Positions 55,520-64,000 of a stretch of DNA of 64,000 nucleotides are shown here, in pieces. Origin of the DNA: an uncultured bacterium (GTDB lineage: Bacteria; Actinomycetota; Acidimicrobiia; Spongiisociales; UBA5794). Positions within the stretch are counted from its first letter, which is position 1; each line of letters starts with the position of its first letter. Location: contig CAVZRA010000013.1 in the NCBI GenBank assembly GCA_963777645.1, positions 86,514 through 150,513 of the forward strand. The letters run 5' to 3'. The notes below the pieces were generated by a model. The model saw nothing but the letters and a program-made list of their open reading frames with translations, was not told the origin of the DNA and did no database searches. Made by a program: the position numbers and the translations under genes.

Positions 55520-55989
55520 TGTTCGCCCTCGGCCATCAAGAGTGCCGCCGTGTTGACCGCAGAAATGATCGATCCGTAGCCGGTGCACCGACACAGGTTC
55601 CCGGCGAGACCAGCACGAATCTGATCTTCGGTCGGATGAGCCTCTTCGGCCAGTAGCGCCGCTGACATCATGATCATGCCAGGGGTGCAATAGCCGCATT
55701 GCGCTGCCCCAAAGTCGACGAAGCCCTGCTGGACCGGGTGCAGGCCTGACTCCCCCGCAAGCCCTTCAACCGTCATAATCTCCTTGCCCTGGGCCGTTGC
55801 GGTCAGGACAAGGCAACTGGTTACAGGGCGCCCGTCGAGCAACACTGTGCATGCCCCGCAGTCCCCCGTCGCACATCCCTTCTTGGACCCGGTGAGACCT
55901 AGAGTCTCCCGCAGGGTATCAATGAGCAGCGCGCCGGGCTCTGCTACTACATCTCGGATCTCTCCGTTGACGTGAAGATTGATCTCCAT
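55516..55989 (-). CDS. (2Fe-2S)-binding small subunit of Mo hydroxylase
   Basis: 'CATGDCGACTV', 'CGYCTPG' and 'CRCTGY'. Confidence 0.85.
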   Translation of the reverse strand: MEINLHVNGEIRDVVAEPGALLIDTLRETLGLTGSKKGCATGDCGACTVLLDGRPVTSCLVLTATAQGKEIMTVEGLAGESGLHPVQQGFVDFGAAQCGYCTPGMIMMSAALLAEEAHPTEDQIRAGLAGNLCRCTGYGSIISAVNTAALLMAEGEQ

Positions 55990-55991
55990 GC

Positions 55992-56870
55992 CTACGCCTC
56001 CTTCTGCTTGCCGACGCGCTCACCGAGATCGACAAGCAGGCGGGCCACCAATCGCTCGATCATCTTCTTTCGATAATCTGCGCTGCCACGCACGTCGCTG
56101 ATCGGTGAGATCCCGGCTGCCGCCACCCGAGCGGCTTCCTTCGCAAGAGCCAAGTCCATCTTTGCCGAGCCGTTGATGACTTCCTCTGCCGCTGTCGCCC
56201 GTATTGGTGTTGGGGCCACAGCGCCCAGGCCGATCCGAGCGTGCAGACCTGCTGGTTCTTGCCAAAGCGCCACCGCGACACCAACAATCGCAAGGTCCAT
56301 CGCACGACGTGGGCTCAGCTTCGTGTAGGAAGCCACCGCACCGGGTGCCGGCCATGGCAGCCACAGTGCTTCAAGCATCTCGCCCCGATCGAGAACGGTC
56401 TTGCCAGGCCCTACGAAGAAGTCCTCTAGCAGGACGTTTCTACGACCGGCAGCAGATACGATGTGTACCTCGGCTTTGAGCACCAACAACGGGGCGACCG
56501 TATCCGCCGATGGCGAGGCGTTGCATATGTTGCCCCCGATGGTTGCCATGTTCCGTATCTGCGGGCCGGCAACCACAACCGCCCCCTCGGAAAGCACCGG
56601 GAACCGTTCTGCAATAACATCTGAAGCGAGTATGTCGACCAACCGCACCGCAGCCCCTATCCGCAACCCTTCGGGCTCCACAGCTATCTCACCAAGCTCG
56701 GCGACGCCGGTTATGTCCACCATCGTTATCTCGGACCCCGGCTGATCCCGGTACTTCAGAAGTAGATCGGTGCCGCCGGCTAAAAGGCGGGATTCGGTAT
56801 CACGATCGTCAATGATCGAAAGAAGATCTTCAAGCTGTGCTGGGCAAACGACTTCTCTGATCGAGGCCAT
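55992..56870 (-). CDS. FAD-binding medium subunit of Mo hydroxylase
   Basis: 'LLAGGTDLLLKY' and 'ATIGGNICNASPSAD'. The start is ATG 56870. Confidence 0.85.
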   Translation of the reverse strand: MASIREVVCPAQLEDLLSIIDDRDTESRLLAGGTDLLLKYRDQPGSEITMVDITGVAELGEIAVEPEGLRIGAAVRLVDILASDVIAERFPVLSEGAVVVAGPQIRNMATIGGNICNASPSADTVAPLLVLKAEVHIVSAAGRRNVLLEDFFVGPGKTVLDRGEMLEALWLPWPAPGAVASYTKLSPRRAMDLAIVGVAVALWQEPAGLHARIGLGAVAPTPIRATAAEEVINGSAKMDLALAKEAARVAAAGISPISDVRGSADYRKKMIERLVARLLVDLGERVGKQKEA

Positions 56871-56921
56871 GGGTTGCTCCCGACTTCGTGTCTCGGCTGC
56901 TAGCCGGCAGTCTACCGCGAA

Positions 56922-56938
56922 AATTGATTCCATCAATA
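56922..56938. promoter_or_regulatory. Operator-like site L: AATTGA-TTCCA-TCAATA
   Basis: 11 of 12 matches. It lies 52 nt upstream of the FAD-subunit start. Confidence 0.5.
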
Positions 56939-57034
56939 CAGGCTCATCAACACGGGCTCAACGACAGAATTCACACATCCAAGGACAACGAACCGCAACT
57001 AGATTATGTGCCCTCCCAGTTTTTGGTCTGCGAG

Positions 57035-57051
57035 TATTTGCATGATCAATA
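57035..57051. promoter_or_regulatory. Operator-like site M: TATTTG-CATGA-TCAATA
   Basis: 10 of 12 matches. It is the second site in the 425-bp divergent region between the Mo-hydroxylase and BMP/ABC operons. Confidence 0.35.
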
Positions 57052-57295
57052 TTTGTTGCGTAGATTCCTTCCAAGCGGGACGGGAGAGCCGTGCAGACGA
57101 CCGTTCGATTGGTGCAGTCGCATAGAAGGCTAGAGAGTCGCTGTTCGATGCGCGTGACCCGTCCTTCGGACCCGGCAACGACTTTTCGTCGGATGTCACC
57201 CATGTCCGCACCTCCCCCCATTTGTCCTTCCTTCGTGCATCCCTATCGGGTGCTTCGATCAGTTACACGTCAGAATTAGAGAAGGAGACCAGTAG

Positions 57296-58426
57296 ATGCG
57301 TTCGAGATTGATCAAGATCCTCGCCTTAGTTGCCGTGTTGTCGTTGTTCACAACAGCATGCGGCGGCGACGATGCCACCCCGACCACGAAAGCAACAACA
57401 GAGACAACCGCAGCCGGGACAGAGACAACCGCAGCCGGGACAGAGACAACCGCAGCCGGGACAGAGACAACCGCAGCTGCAACGGCGGACGGCCCAACTG
57501 AGGTCAACATTGCTGTTGTATTCGCAGGTGTGAAGGAAGAGCCGTGGTATGCCACGATGCTTGAAACGCTAGAGCGCATCAAGGCCAATAGCCCTCACGG
57601 TATGACGGTGAACTACGACTGGTTCGAAAGCATCGCGTATGCAGATGGTGAGAGAGTGATCGGCGAACTAGCTGCTTCGGGCAAGTACGACATCATCCTG
57701 GGCCACAGCCTCTTCGGTGAGTCCATCGCCCCGCTCAAGGATCAGTATCCGGAAATCCTGTTTGCGTTCTCCGGTTCGGGTAATGACGGAATCAGCGGTG
57801 GCAATGCATACTGGATCGACGCATACACCCACGAAGCCGCATATCTGTGCGGAATCGTGGCAGGAATGATGACCAAGTCGAACGTGATCTCAGCCGTCGC
57901 AGCCTTCCCATTTCCAAACGTGAATCTGCCTTTGAATGCATACATCGCAGGTGCTGAGTCGGTGAATCCCGACGTCAAGGCGCAGGTCACCTACATTGAG
58001 AGTTGGTTCGACCCGACCAAAGCGAAGGAATCAGCAATCGCTCAGATCGCGGCCGGATCCGACATCATCTATGCCGAACGTCTCGGCGTCTTTGAGGCGG
58101 CCGCAGAGAACGAAGGTGTGTATGCCTTTGGCCATTGGGCCGATCAGGCGGCCCTTGCTCCAGATGTGGTACTCACCAGTTCGCTCGCCCGTTGGGACCC
58201 AGCAATGAATTATCTAATCGATGCCTGGTATTCCCACGTGACTGAGGGCACCCCCTACGACGGCCCGCCAGATCGAATTGTGTTCTTGATGGCTGACGGA
58301 GGCACCGACCTGGCCGCCATGAGCGACCTGATCCCCGCCGATGTGCAGGCCGCCGTCACGGAAGCCAGAGACAAGATACTGAGCGGTGAACTCGTTGTGC
58401 CGATGAACGAGGCCCCGATCGAGTAA
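57296..58426 (+). CDS. BMP/PnrA-family ABC substrate-binding lipoprotein
   Basis: AAGGAGACC RBS. The lipobox is 'LFTTACGG', followed by the 'TETTAAG' x3 linker. The closest paralog in the window is 26945-28075. Confidence 0.85.
   Translation: MRSRLIKILALVAVLSLFTTACGGDDATPTTKATTETTAAGTETTAAGTETTAAGTETTAAATADGPTEVNIAVVFAGVKEEPWYATMLETLERIKANSPHGMTVNYDWFESIAYADGERVIGELAASGKYDIILGHSLFGESIAPLKDQYPEILFAFSGSGNDGISGGNAYWIDAYTHEAAYLCGIVAGMMTKSNVISAVAAFPFPNVNLPLNAYIAGAESVNPDVKAQVTYIESWFDPTKAKESAIAQIAAGSDIIYAERLGVFEAAAENEGVYAFGHWADQAALAPDVVLTSSLARWDPAMNYLIDAWYSHVTEGTPYDGPPDRIVFLMADGGTDLAAMSDLIPADVQAAVTEARDKILSGELVVPMNEAPIE
57398..57477. repeat. 21-bp tandem repeat x3.8 (acagagacaaccgcagccggg)
   Basis: Units at 57398, 57419, 57440 and 57461 (partial). 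They encode the lipoprotein linker. Confidence 0.85.
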
Positions 58427-58438
58427 CCATATTCAATA

Positions 58439-58468
58439 GTGAGGCCGGTCCATATGGACCGGCCTCAC
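58439..58468. terminator. 30-nt perfect palindrome (GTGAGGCCGGTCCAT|ATGGACCGGCCTCAC) between the binding-protein and ATPase genes
   Basis: Potential stem of about 13 bp, lying 13 nt after the stop at 58426 and 12 nt before ATG 58480. There is no T-tract. It is likely an intra-operon attenuator or mRNA-stability hairpin. Confidence 0.45.
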
Positions 58469-58479
58469 GGCAATTCTGG

Positions 58480-60045
58480 ATGAGAAGCATGACAGTCTTT
58501 CAGGAACCGCCGCCTCCGTTGCTGAGTGTTGAGCACGTAACAAAGCTCTTCCCCGACGTCGTTGCTAACGACGATGTAACCCTCGACGTCCTAGCAGGCG
58601 AGGTGTTGTGCCTTCTGGGCGAGAATGGGGCAGGCAAGACCACGCTTGCCGACATGCTCTACGGTGTCTATTCCCCCGATGATGGCCAGCTTCTCTTTCG
58701 CGGCGAGCCGCTCCAGCTCAGGAATCCTAGGGAAGCCATTCAGTCGGGCATCGGGATGGTGCACCAACATTTTGAGTTGGTGACCCCCATGTCAGCCCTC
58801 GAGAATGTCGTCATCGGGACGGAAGACGCTCGCTGGGCAAACCTGCCGGCAGCTCGAAAGAAACTCGAGGACTTGTGCGAGCAGTACGAAATCCATATTG
58901 ACCTCGACACCGAGGTCGGGCTGCTTTCCGTCGGTGAGCAGCAGTGGGTCGAGATCCTCAAGGCTCTTTACACCGGCGTCGAGTTGCTGATTCTCGACGA
59001 GCCGACGGCAGTCCTGACCCCGCAAGGGGTGCAGCGCCTGTTCAAGTTCTTGCGCGAGATGAAGCTGAACGGAGTCGGAATCGTGCTGATCACCCACAAA
59101 CTGTGGGAGGTGATGGAGATCTCAGACCGTGTCGCGGTCCTCCGCAAGGGGAAGCTCGTCGACATCGTCAATACGACGGAAACCGACAGCGCGGGTCTGG
59201 CAAGGCTCATGGTGGGCCGCGATGTGGTGCTGCGAGTCGACAAGGAGCTGGCAAAGGCTGGCCCGGTGATACTCCAGGTAGACAACATTGCAGCTCCCGG
59301 CAGATCAGAACGCGGAGCCCTTGAAGACGTGACATTTGATCTCCGAGAGGGAGAAATCCTTGGCCTTGCCGGCGTCTCCGGGAATGGGCAGGCCGCGCTA
59401 TTCGATGTTCTGGTTGGAGTCAACCCACCAACCAGGGGGACGATCCGCATTGCTGGTGTCGATACAACGCACGCCTCACCGAAGAAGATCGCAAGCAAGG
59501 GGCTGTCTGGCGTCCCTAGCGATCGAATCCGCCAGGGCCTGATGATGGATTTCCGCGTTCAAGAGAACTTGATCCTCGGACGCCACCGGTCATCCGACTT
59601 CGAATCGAGAGGCATGATCAACGGCCGGGCGATGCGCGAGTTCGCCGCCACCGCCATCAAAGAGTTTGAGATCAAGACACCCTCGGGACAGCTCACAACC
59701 CGGTTGTTGTCGGGCGGCAATCTACAGAAGGTCATCCTGGCGCGGGAGTTGATGGGCAACCCTCCTCGGGTACTGGTCATCCATCAACCGACGCGGGGTC
59801 TCGATATCGGAGCCAGCGAGTATGTACGGCGGCGTTTGGTCGCTGAGCGTGACCGTGGCGCAGGCGTGCTGCTCATCTCTGATGATCTTGATGAGATCTT
59901 CAACCTCTCTGATCGTGTGATCGTCATCTTCGAAGGCGCAATCATCGGCCAGGTCGACCCCGCCGAAGCGAACTACGAAGAGATCGGACTTTTGATGGCT
60001 GGAATCAGCAAGCGCAACCTCGGCGAAGGGGGGTCAAGCTCGTGA
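58480..60045 (+). CDS. Two-domain ABC ATPase (nucleoside/sugar type), intact
   Basis: Two Walker A motifs ('GENGAGKTTL', 'GVSGNGQAAL'), signature motifs 'LSVGEQQ' and 'LSGGNLQK', and 'LILDEPT'. Confidence 0.85.
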   Translation: MRSMTVFQEPPPPLLSVEHVTKLFPDVVANDDVTLDVLAGEVLCLLGENGAGKTTLADMLYGVYSPDDGQLLFRGEPLQLRNPREAIQSGIGMVHQHFELVTPMSALENVVIGTEDARWANLPAARKKLEDLCEQYEIHIDLDTEVGLLSVGEQQWVEILKALYTGVELLILDEPTAVLTPQGVQRLFKFLREMKLNGVGIVLITHKLWEVMEISDRVAVLRKGKLVDIVNTTETDSAGLARLMVGRDVVLRVDKELAKAGPVILQVDNIAAPGRSERGALEDVTFDLREGEILGLAGVSGNGQAALFDVLVGVNPPTRGTIRIAGVDTTHASPKKIASKGLSGVPSDRIRQGLMMDFRVQENLILGRHRSSDFESRGMINGRAMREFAATAIKEFEIKTPSGQLTTRLLSGGNLQKVILARELMGNPPRVLVIHQPTRGLDIGASEYVRRRLVAERDRGAGVLLISDDLDEIFNLSDRVIVIFEGAIIGQVDPAEANYEEIGLLMAGISKRNLGEGGSSS

Positions 60046-61187
60046 CAACTCCACCGCCGTCGGACACGTCTACTGATCCGCAACCTGGCCACACTCCGAC
60101 CAGCCTTCTGCAGCCCGGAGCAAGGTGGCGTTTTGAGAAGCGTCTCCATGTCGGGTGGAAGAGCGAAGCCGTGACCCTCGTGCTCGCCATTCTGGTCGCG
60201 GTCGGAATCAGCAGCTTTCTAATAATGGCTGCGGGTACCGGTGTCTGGGACGCATACAAAGCCCTGATCCAGGGTGCGATTGGATCCCGCCGCTCCATTC
60301 TGGAGAGTCTGGTACAGGCCACACCGTTGATTCTCACCGGGCTAGCTGCCGCCGTCGCCTTCCGCGCCAAAATATGGAATATCGGCGGTGAGGGTCAATT
60401 CTTCGCAGGTGCAATGGGAGCCTGGTGGATCGCCGACGCCGTCGGGAATACCCTCCCCCGATTCTTGATGCTCCCGCTCATTGTCCTTTTTGGAGCAATC
60501 GCCGGCGCCTTCTGGGGCGGTATTGCCGGGTTCTTGCGGGCACGCTACGGCACCAATGAAATAATCGTGACCGTGATGATGAACTTCATCATCCTGTTGA
60601 TCCTCTCCTGGCTTCTCGGTGGACCGTGGCGGTCACCCGACACGTTCTACTTCCAGACCGAGAAAATGCCCGAATCATCCTGGCTGCCGAGGTTCCTTGC
60701 TGACAGCAGACTGCACTGGGGATTCGGTATTGCCATCATTGCTGCGATCGCCGTATACATCCTCATATGGAAGACGCCTCTCGGGTTCGAGATCCGCGGG
60801 CTCGGCATCAACGCAGTAGCGGCGCGATTCAAAGGCATCAGCGTCGCTAGGACAATCATCGTCGTGATGCTGATCAGCGGAGCCTTGGCCGGTATCGCCG
60901 GCGCAGGCGAGGTGGGCGGTATTCATCACCGCCTCCAACTCGACATCTCGATCGGCTACGGCTTCACCGGCATCATCATCGCCCTCATCGGCAGACTCCA
61001 TCCCGCCGGTGTGGTCGCTGCAGCAATCGCTTTTGGGGCCCTCATCAACGGCGCAACCTTCATGCAGATCACTACAGGAACCCCGTCGGCACTCGTCGAT
61101 GTCATCCAGGGGCTTGTGCTGATAACGGTGCTCATCGGGGCAGTCGTAGTTCGATACCGTCTCCGGAGGCTCAGCCGCGATGAATGA
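60042..61187 (+). CDS. ABC transporter permease
   Basis: 381 aa and multi-pass. GTGA overlap with the ATPase. Paralog of 41713-42852. Confidence 0.85.
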   Translation: MTTPPPSDTSTDPQPGHTPTSLLQPGARWRFEKRLHVGWKSEAVTLVLAILVAVGISSFLIMAAGTGVWDAYKALIQGAIGSRRSILESLVQATPLILTGLAAAVAFRAKIWNIGGEGQFFAGAMGAWWIADAVGNTLPRFLMLPLIVLFGAIAGAFWGGIAGFLRARYGTNEIIVTVMMNFIILLILSWLLGGPWRSPDTFYFQTEKMPESSWLPRFLADSRLHWGFGIAIIAAIAVYILIWKTPLGFEIRGLGINAVAARFKGISVARTIIVVMLISGALAGIAGAGEVGGIHHRLQLDISIGYGFTGIIIALIGRLHPAGVVAAAIAFGALINGATFMQITTGTPSALVDVIQGLVLITVLIGAVVVRYRLRRLSRDE

Positions 61188-62127
61188 CGTCTTTACTCAG
61201 GCTTTTGTGATCGGTGTTCTCGCCACCGCGATCCGAATCGCGACTCCGCTGATCTTCGGGGCGGTCGGCGAACTCGTCGCCGAGAGCTCGGGAATCCTCA
61301 ACTTGAGCATCGAGGGTACGATGACTGTCGGTGCTCTTGCCGGCTTCGCCGTCGCCGGTGGTACCGACTCACTATGGCTCGGCATCGCCGGAGCAGTATT
61401 TGCAGGCGGTTTGATGGGCATGCTCATGGCTTTCATGTCCGCAACCGTCAAGGTCGACCAGATAGTTGCGGGATTGGCGCTCAATCTGTTTGGTGGCGGG
61501 CTCAGCTTCTTCCTGTTTCGGACGATCTTCTCCGACACCGCGTCCTCTGAGATTCCGACGGTCGGCGTGTTCACGGTTCCCCACCTCCCCGGGCTATCCG
61601 ATATTCCTTGGGCCGGCGAGATCGTATTCTCGCAACAATGGCTGACCTATATCGCCTTTCTCAGCGTCCCTCTCGTCTGGCTGTTTCTGAACAAGACCCG
61701 GTATGGACTAGAGCTGCGCAGCGTCGGCCACAACCCGGAAGCCTGCGATATGCGCGGCATCAGCGTGCAGCAAAAGCAATACTTCGCCACTGTCTTCGGC
61801 GGCATGATGGCCGGATTGGGTGGCGGCTTCCTGACTCTTTCAACGACAGGCTTGTGGTTCCCTGAGCTGATATCCGGGCGAGGTTGGATCGCGTTGGCCA
61901 TCGTTATCTTTGGCAACTGGCGGGTAACGTGGATTCTCGCCGGGGCGGTCTTCTTTGGCTTCCTCGATGGGCTGCAGCTTTCCCTCCAGGCCGTCGGCTT
62001 CGATCTGCCCTATCAGCTGCTCTTAGCCCTCCCATTCGTGCTGACGATTGTGGCGCTGGTAGTCAACAGAAGCCGCTCGAATGTTCCACTCTCGCTGGCT
62101 ATCCCGTACCATCGCGGACAGAGGTAG
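61180..62127 (+). CDS. ABC transporter permease
   Basis: 315 aa and multi-pass. It overlaps the upstream permease by 8 nt. It is the intact counterpart of 42849-43803. Confidence 0.85.
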   Translation: MNDVFTQAFVIGVLATAIRIATPLIFGAVGELVAESSGILNLSIEGTMTVGALAGFAVAGGTDSLWLGIAGAVFAGGLMGMLMAFMSATVKVDQIVAGLALNLFGGGLSFFLFRTIFSDTASSEIPTVGVFTVPHLPGLSDIPWAGEIVFSQQWLTYIAFLSVPLVWLFLNKTRYGLELRSVGHNPEACDMRGISVQQKQYFATVFGGMMAGLGGGFLTLSTTGLWFPELISGRGWIALAIVIFGNWRVTWILAGAVFFGFLDGLQLSLQAVGFDLPYQLLLALPFVLTIVALVVNRSRSNVPLSLAIPYHRGQR

Positions 62128-62274
62128 CCGTGTACAGGTATCAGGGCGATAGTCGCCCGAACATGGCTGCCAAGTATGGTTGCATAGGCCGATGAACCCG
62201 TGGTCGACTCGATGACGCTGAGTTCATGAGGCACAAGGCCAACGACGCCATCTCGCCGGGGCAACCTCCGGTTG

Positions 62275-63171
62275 TCACACCTGGGCGCTCACCGCAATGA
62301 GGATCACCCCGAAGACGACCAATCCGGCTCCGGTTGCCATCCGCAACGTGACATGTTCGATGTTGTGCAGTAGCACCCACGACAGCCCGACGACACCAAG
62401 CGGTTGCGCTGCAATGATAGGACCGACTGCAGAAACGGCCCCTCCCTCGAGGGCCTTGAACAGAGCCAGCAGTGCAGCAGCAATGCTGATGCCTGCCGCC
62501 ACCAGCCAACCCCAGCCAGCTCCGACCTTTATCTGACGCCGCAAACCGGGGACCGAAGCAGCTGCAACGGCCAAAATGGACAACATGCTCAACACTGCTA
62601 CCAGGGCGCCAAAGGCAGGGTGCGCAGTGTGCTTGAGCCCTGACTTGCGAAACAGATCCGAGACGGCAAATCCCACTCCGGCCAGCACCGGCAGCGGCAG
62701 CGCAGACCACCGCATCGCAGCCGAACGCGGTGCTGCGATGACCCGAGCCTGATCACTGGAAGACGGAGTCAACAGGACCCAAATGCCGGCTACCACGGTA
62801 ACGGCTCCAAGCACCTGCATCGCGTTGACGGTTTCGGAAAGCACTACCACACCGCCGGTAACGGCTATCAGCGGATACGCCGCAGTCTGGATCGGAATCG
62901 CAACCGATGGTCCCAATCGGTCCACTGCACCCAGCATCGAAAACCGCCCGATACCGTCGCCGACTAGACCGGCTGCAACGAACAGCCAGAATGCGTTTGC
63001 CGTTACGTTTTCGGGAGGATCGAAGAGGACCACAACCCCGAGGATGAACGCGGCCACGCTCGACGACAACAACAACGCAGTTAGAGCGTTCGTGTGCTGC
63101 AGCCCACGTTTGGCAAGGACGCTTCCCGCAGCAAAGGAGGCGGCAGCTATCACAGCGAGGAGAATGACCAT
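62275..63171 (-). CDS. EamA/DMT-family transporter
   Basis: 298 aa with about 10 hydrophobic helices in two EamA-like halves. Confidence 0.75.
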   Translation of the reverse strand: MVILLAVIAAASFAAGSVLAKRGLQHTNALTALLLSSSVAAFILGVVVLFDPPENVTANAFWLFVAAGLVGDGIGRFSMLGAVDRLGPSVAIPIQTAAYPLIAVTGGVVVLSETVNAMQVLGAVTVVAGIWVLLTPSSSDQARVIAAPRSAAMRWSALPLPVLAGVGFAVSDLFRKSGLKHTAHPAFGALVAVLSMLSILAVAAASVPGLRRQIKVGAGWGWLVAAGISIAAALLALFKALEGGAVSAVGPIIAAQPLGVVGLSWVLLHNIEHVTLRMATGAGLVVFGVILIAVSAQV

Positions 63172-63240
63172 GTTCCCACCTCGCTCTCGTGATCGTCGTC
63201 AGACGATAACGCGGTCCTCTGCGAAACAGCCGACACCAGC

Positions 63241-64000
63241 CTAAAAGAGACCGACAACGTTTCCTTCTCGGTCGATATCGACGTTCATGAAGGCTGGCCT
63301 TGTTCCCAGCCCCGGCATCGTCCTCATGGTGCCGATGATCGGATATATGAAACCCGCACCTACCGAGGCTCGTACCTCGCGGACGGGCATAACGTATCCG
63401 CTCGGCGCTCCCTTCAAGTTGGGGTCGTGGCTGATGCTGAGGTGGGTCTTAGCCATGCAGATCGGTAGATACCCGAATCCATTCTTCTCATAGCTGGCGA
63501 TCTGCTGGGTTGCCGTGTCACTGAGTTCAATGCCGGACGCGCCGTATATCTCGGTGGCGATCGTATTGATCTTCTCCTCTATGCTCTGATTGAGCGGATA
63601 CAGGAATTCGAACCTGGATTCCTGCTCGCAAGCTTCGACAACTGCCTCAGCCAGATCAACGCAACCGCGTCCACCGCCACCCCAGGGATCGGCAGCGACG
63701 GAGGCAAACGCTCCGTTCTCCATTGCCATTCGCTTCACAAGCTCGACCTCAGCCGACGTATCGGTTTGGAAGGTATTGACCGCCACCACTACCGGTATCC
63801 CGAACTTCCTAGCGTTGGTGATATGGGCAATGAGATTGACCATTCCCGCTCGGAGCAAAGAGAGATTCTCCTCTGTATAGACCTTGTCCAACGGCCTGCC
63901 GGGGACAACCCTCGGTCCCCCTCCGTGGGTCTTGAGAGCACGAATCGTGGCGACGAGCACGATGCAATCAGGGGCAAGGCCCGAAACCCGGCACTTGATA
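63241..64000 (-). CDS. fhs: Formate--tetrahydrofolate ligase, C-terminal part (gene runs off the window)
   Basis: 'VATIRALKTHGG', 'PICMAKT' and 'GFIYPIIGTMRTMPGL' are typical of FTHFS. The reading frame stays open upstream of the tracked Met to position 64000. Confidence 0.9.
   Translation of the reverse strand, partial: IKCRVSGLAPDCIVLVATIRALKTHGGGPRVVPGRPLDKVYTEENLSLLRAGMVNLIAHITNARKFGIPVVVAVNTFQTDTSAEVELVKRMAMENGAFASVAADPWGGGGRGCVDLAEAVVEACEQESRFEFLYPLNQSIEEKINTIATEIYGASGIELSDTATQQIASYEKNGFGYLPICMAKTHLSISHDPNLKGAPSGYVMPVREVRASVGAGFIYPIIGTMRTMPGLGTRPAFMNVDIDREGNVVGLF

Noticed and set aside
1-64000. Search for rRNA, tRNA, CRISPR arrays, transposases, integrases and phage or defence genes.
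   Set aside because: I saw no regularly spaced direct repeats, no recognisable tRNA or rRNA sequence, and no recombinase, transposase or defence-system motif in any frame. tRNA detection by eye is weak, so a tRNAscan run would be the formal check.

Overview
This is a high-GC bacterial chromosomal window with about 56 protein genes. SLH-like wall anchors and lipoproteins suggest an actinobacterium-like monoderm, but that is a guess. I recognised no rRNA, tRNA, CRISPR array, transposase or integrase.

Positions 1-11.3 kb hold a class III CoA-transferase and three accessory genes typical of selenium-dependent molybdenum hydroxylase loci (mocA/ygfJ-like, yqeB, yqeC). They also hold a divergent pair of wall enzymes (an S8 protease and an amidase) that share triple Cys-containing SLH-like repeats. 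The rest are small housekeeping genes: DUF2237, an ABM monooxygenase, a cytochrome c, and padR with a membrane protein.

Positions 11.3-64 kb read as one large catabolic island with four components:
- A ygfK-ssnA-xdhD-like block plus two further FAD/FeS/Mo (CoxMSL-order) hydroxylases and three TRZ/ATZ- or SsnA-type amidohydrolases.
- Three BMP/PnrA-type nucleoside-binding lipoproteins with two ABC transporter operons.
- A tetrahydrofolate (THF) C1 set: folD, fhs, metV-metF, a methyl-THF:corrinoid methyltransferase, an FNT channel, gdhA, and serA-serC-DUF1015.
- Two paralogous cassettes, each a corrinoid protein plus a pyrrolysine-free MtmB-family methyltransferase. One cassette also has a MetH-activation-like protein and the other a RamA-type activase.

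Three signals stand out:
1. The non-Pyl MtmB-family methyltransferase system, whose substrate is unknown.
2. A 17-bp palindrome, TATTGA-N5-TCAATA, at 14 intergenic sites. It ties almost every transcription unit between 15.9 and 62 kb into one putative regulon.
3. About 13 frameshifts, all resolvable as single extra bases and concentrated at 40.2-45.8 kb. This looks more like insertion-type sequence error than natural decay, but I cannot decide that from sequence alone.
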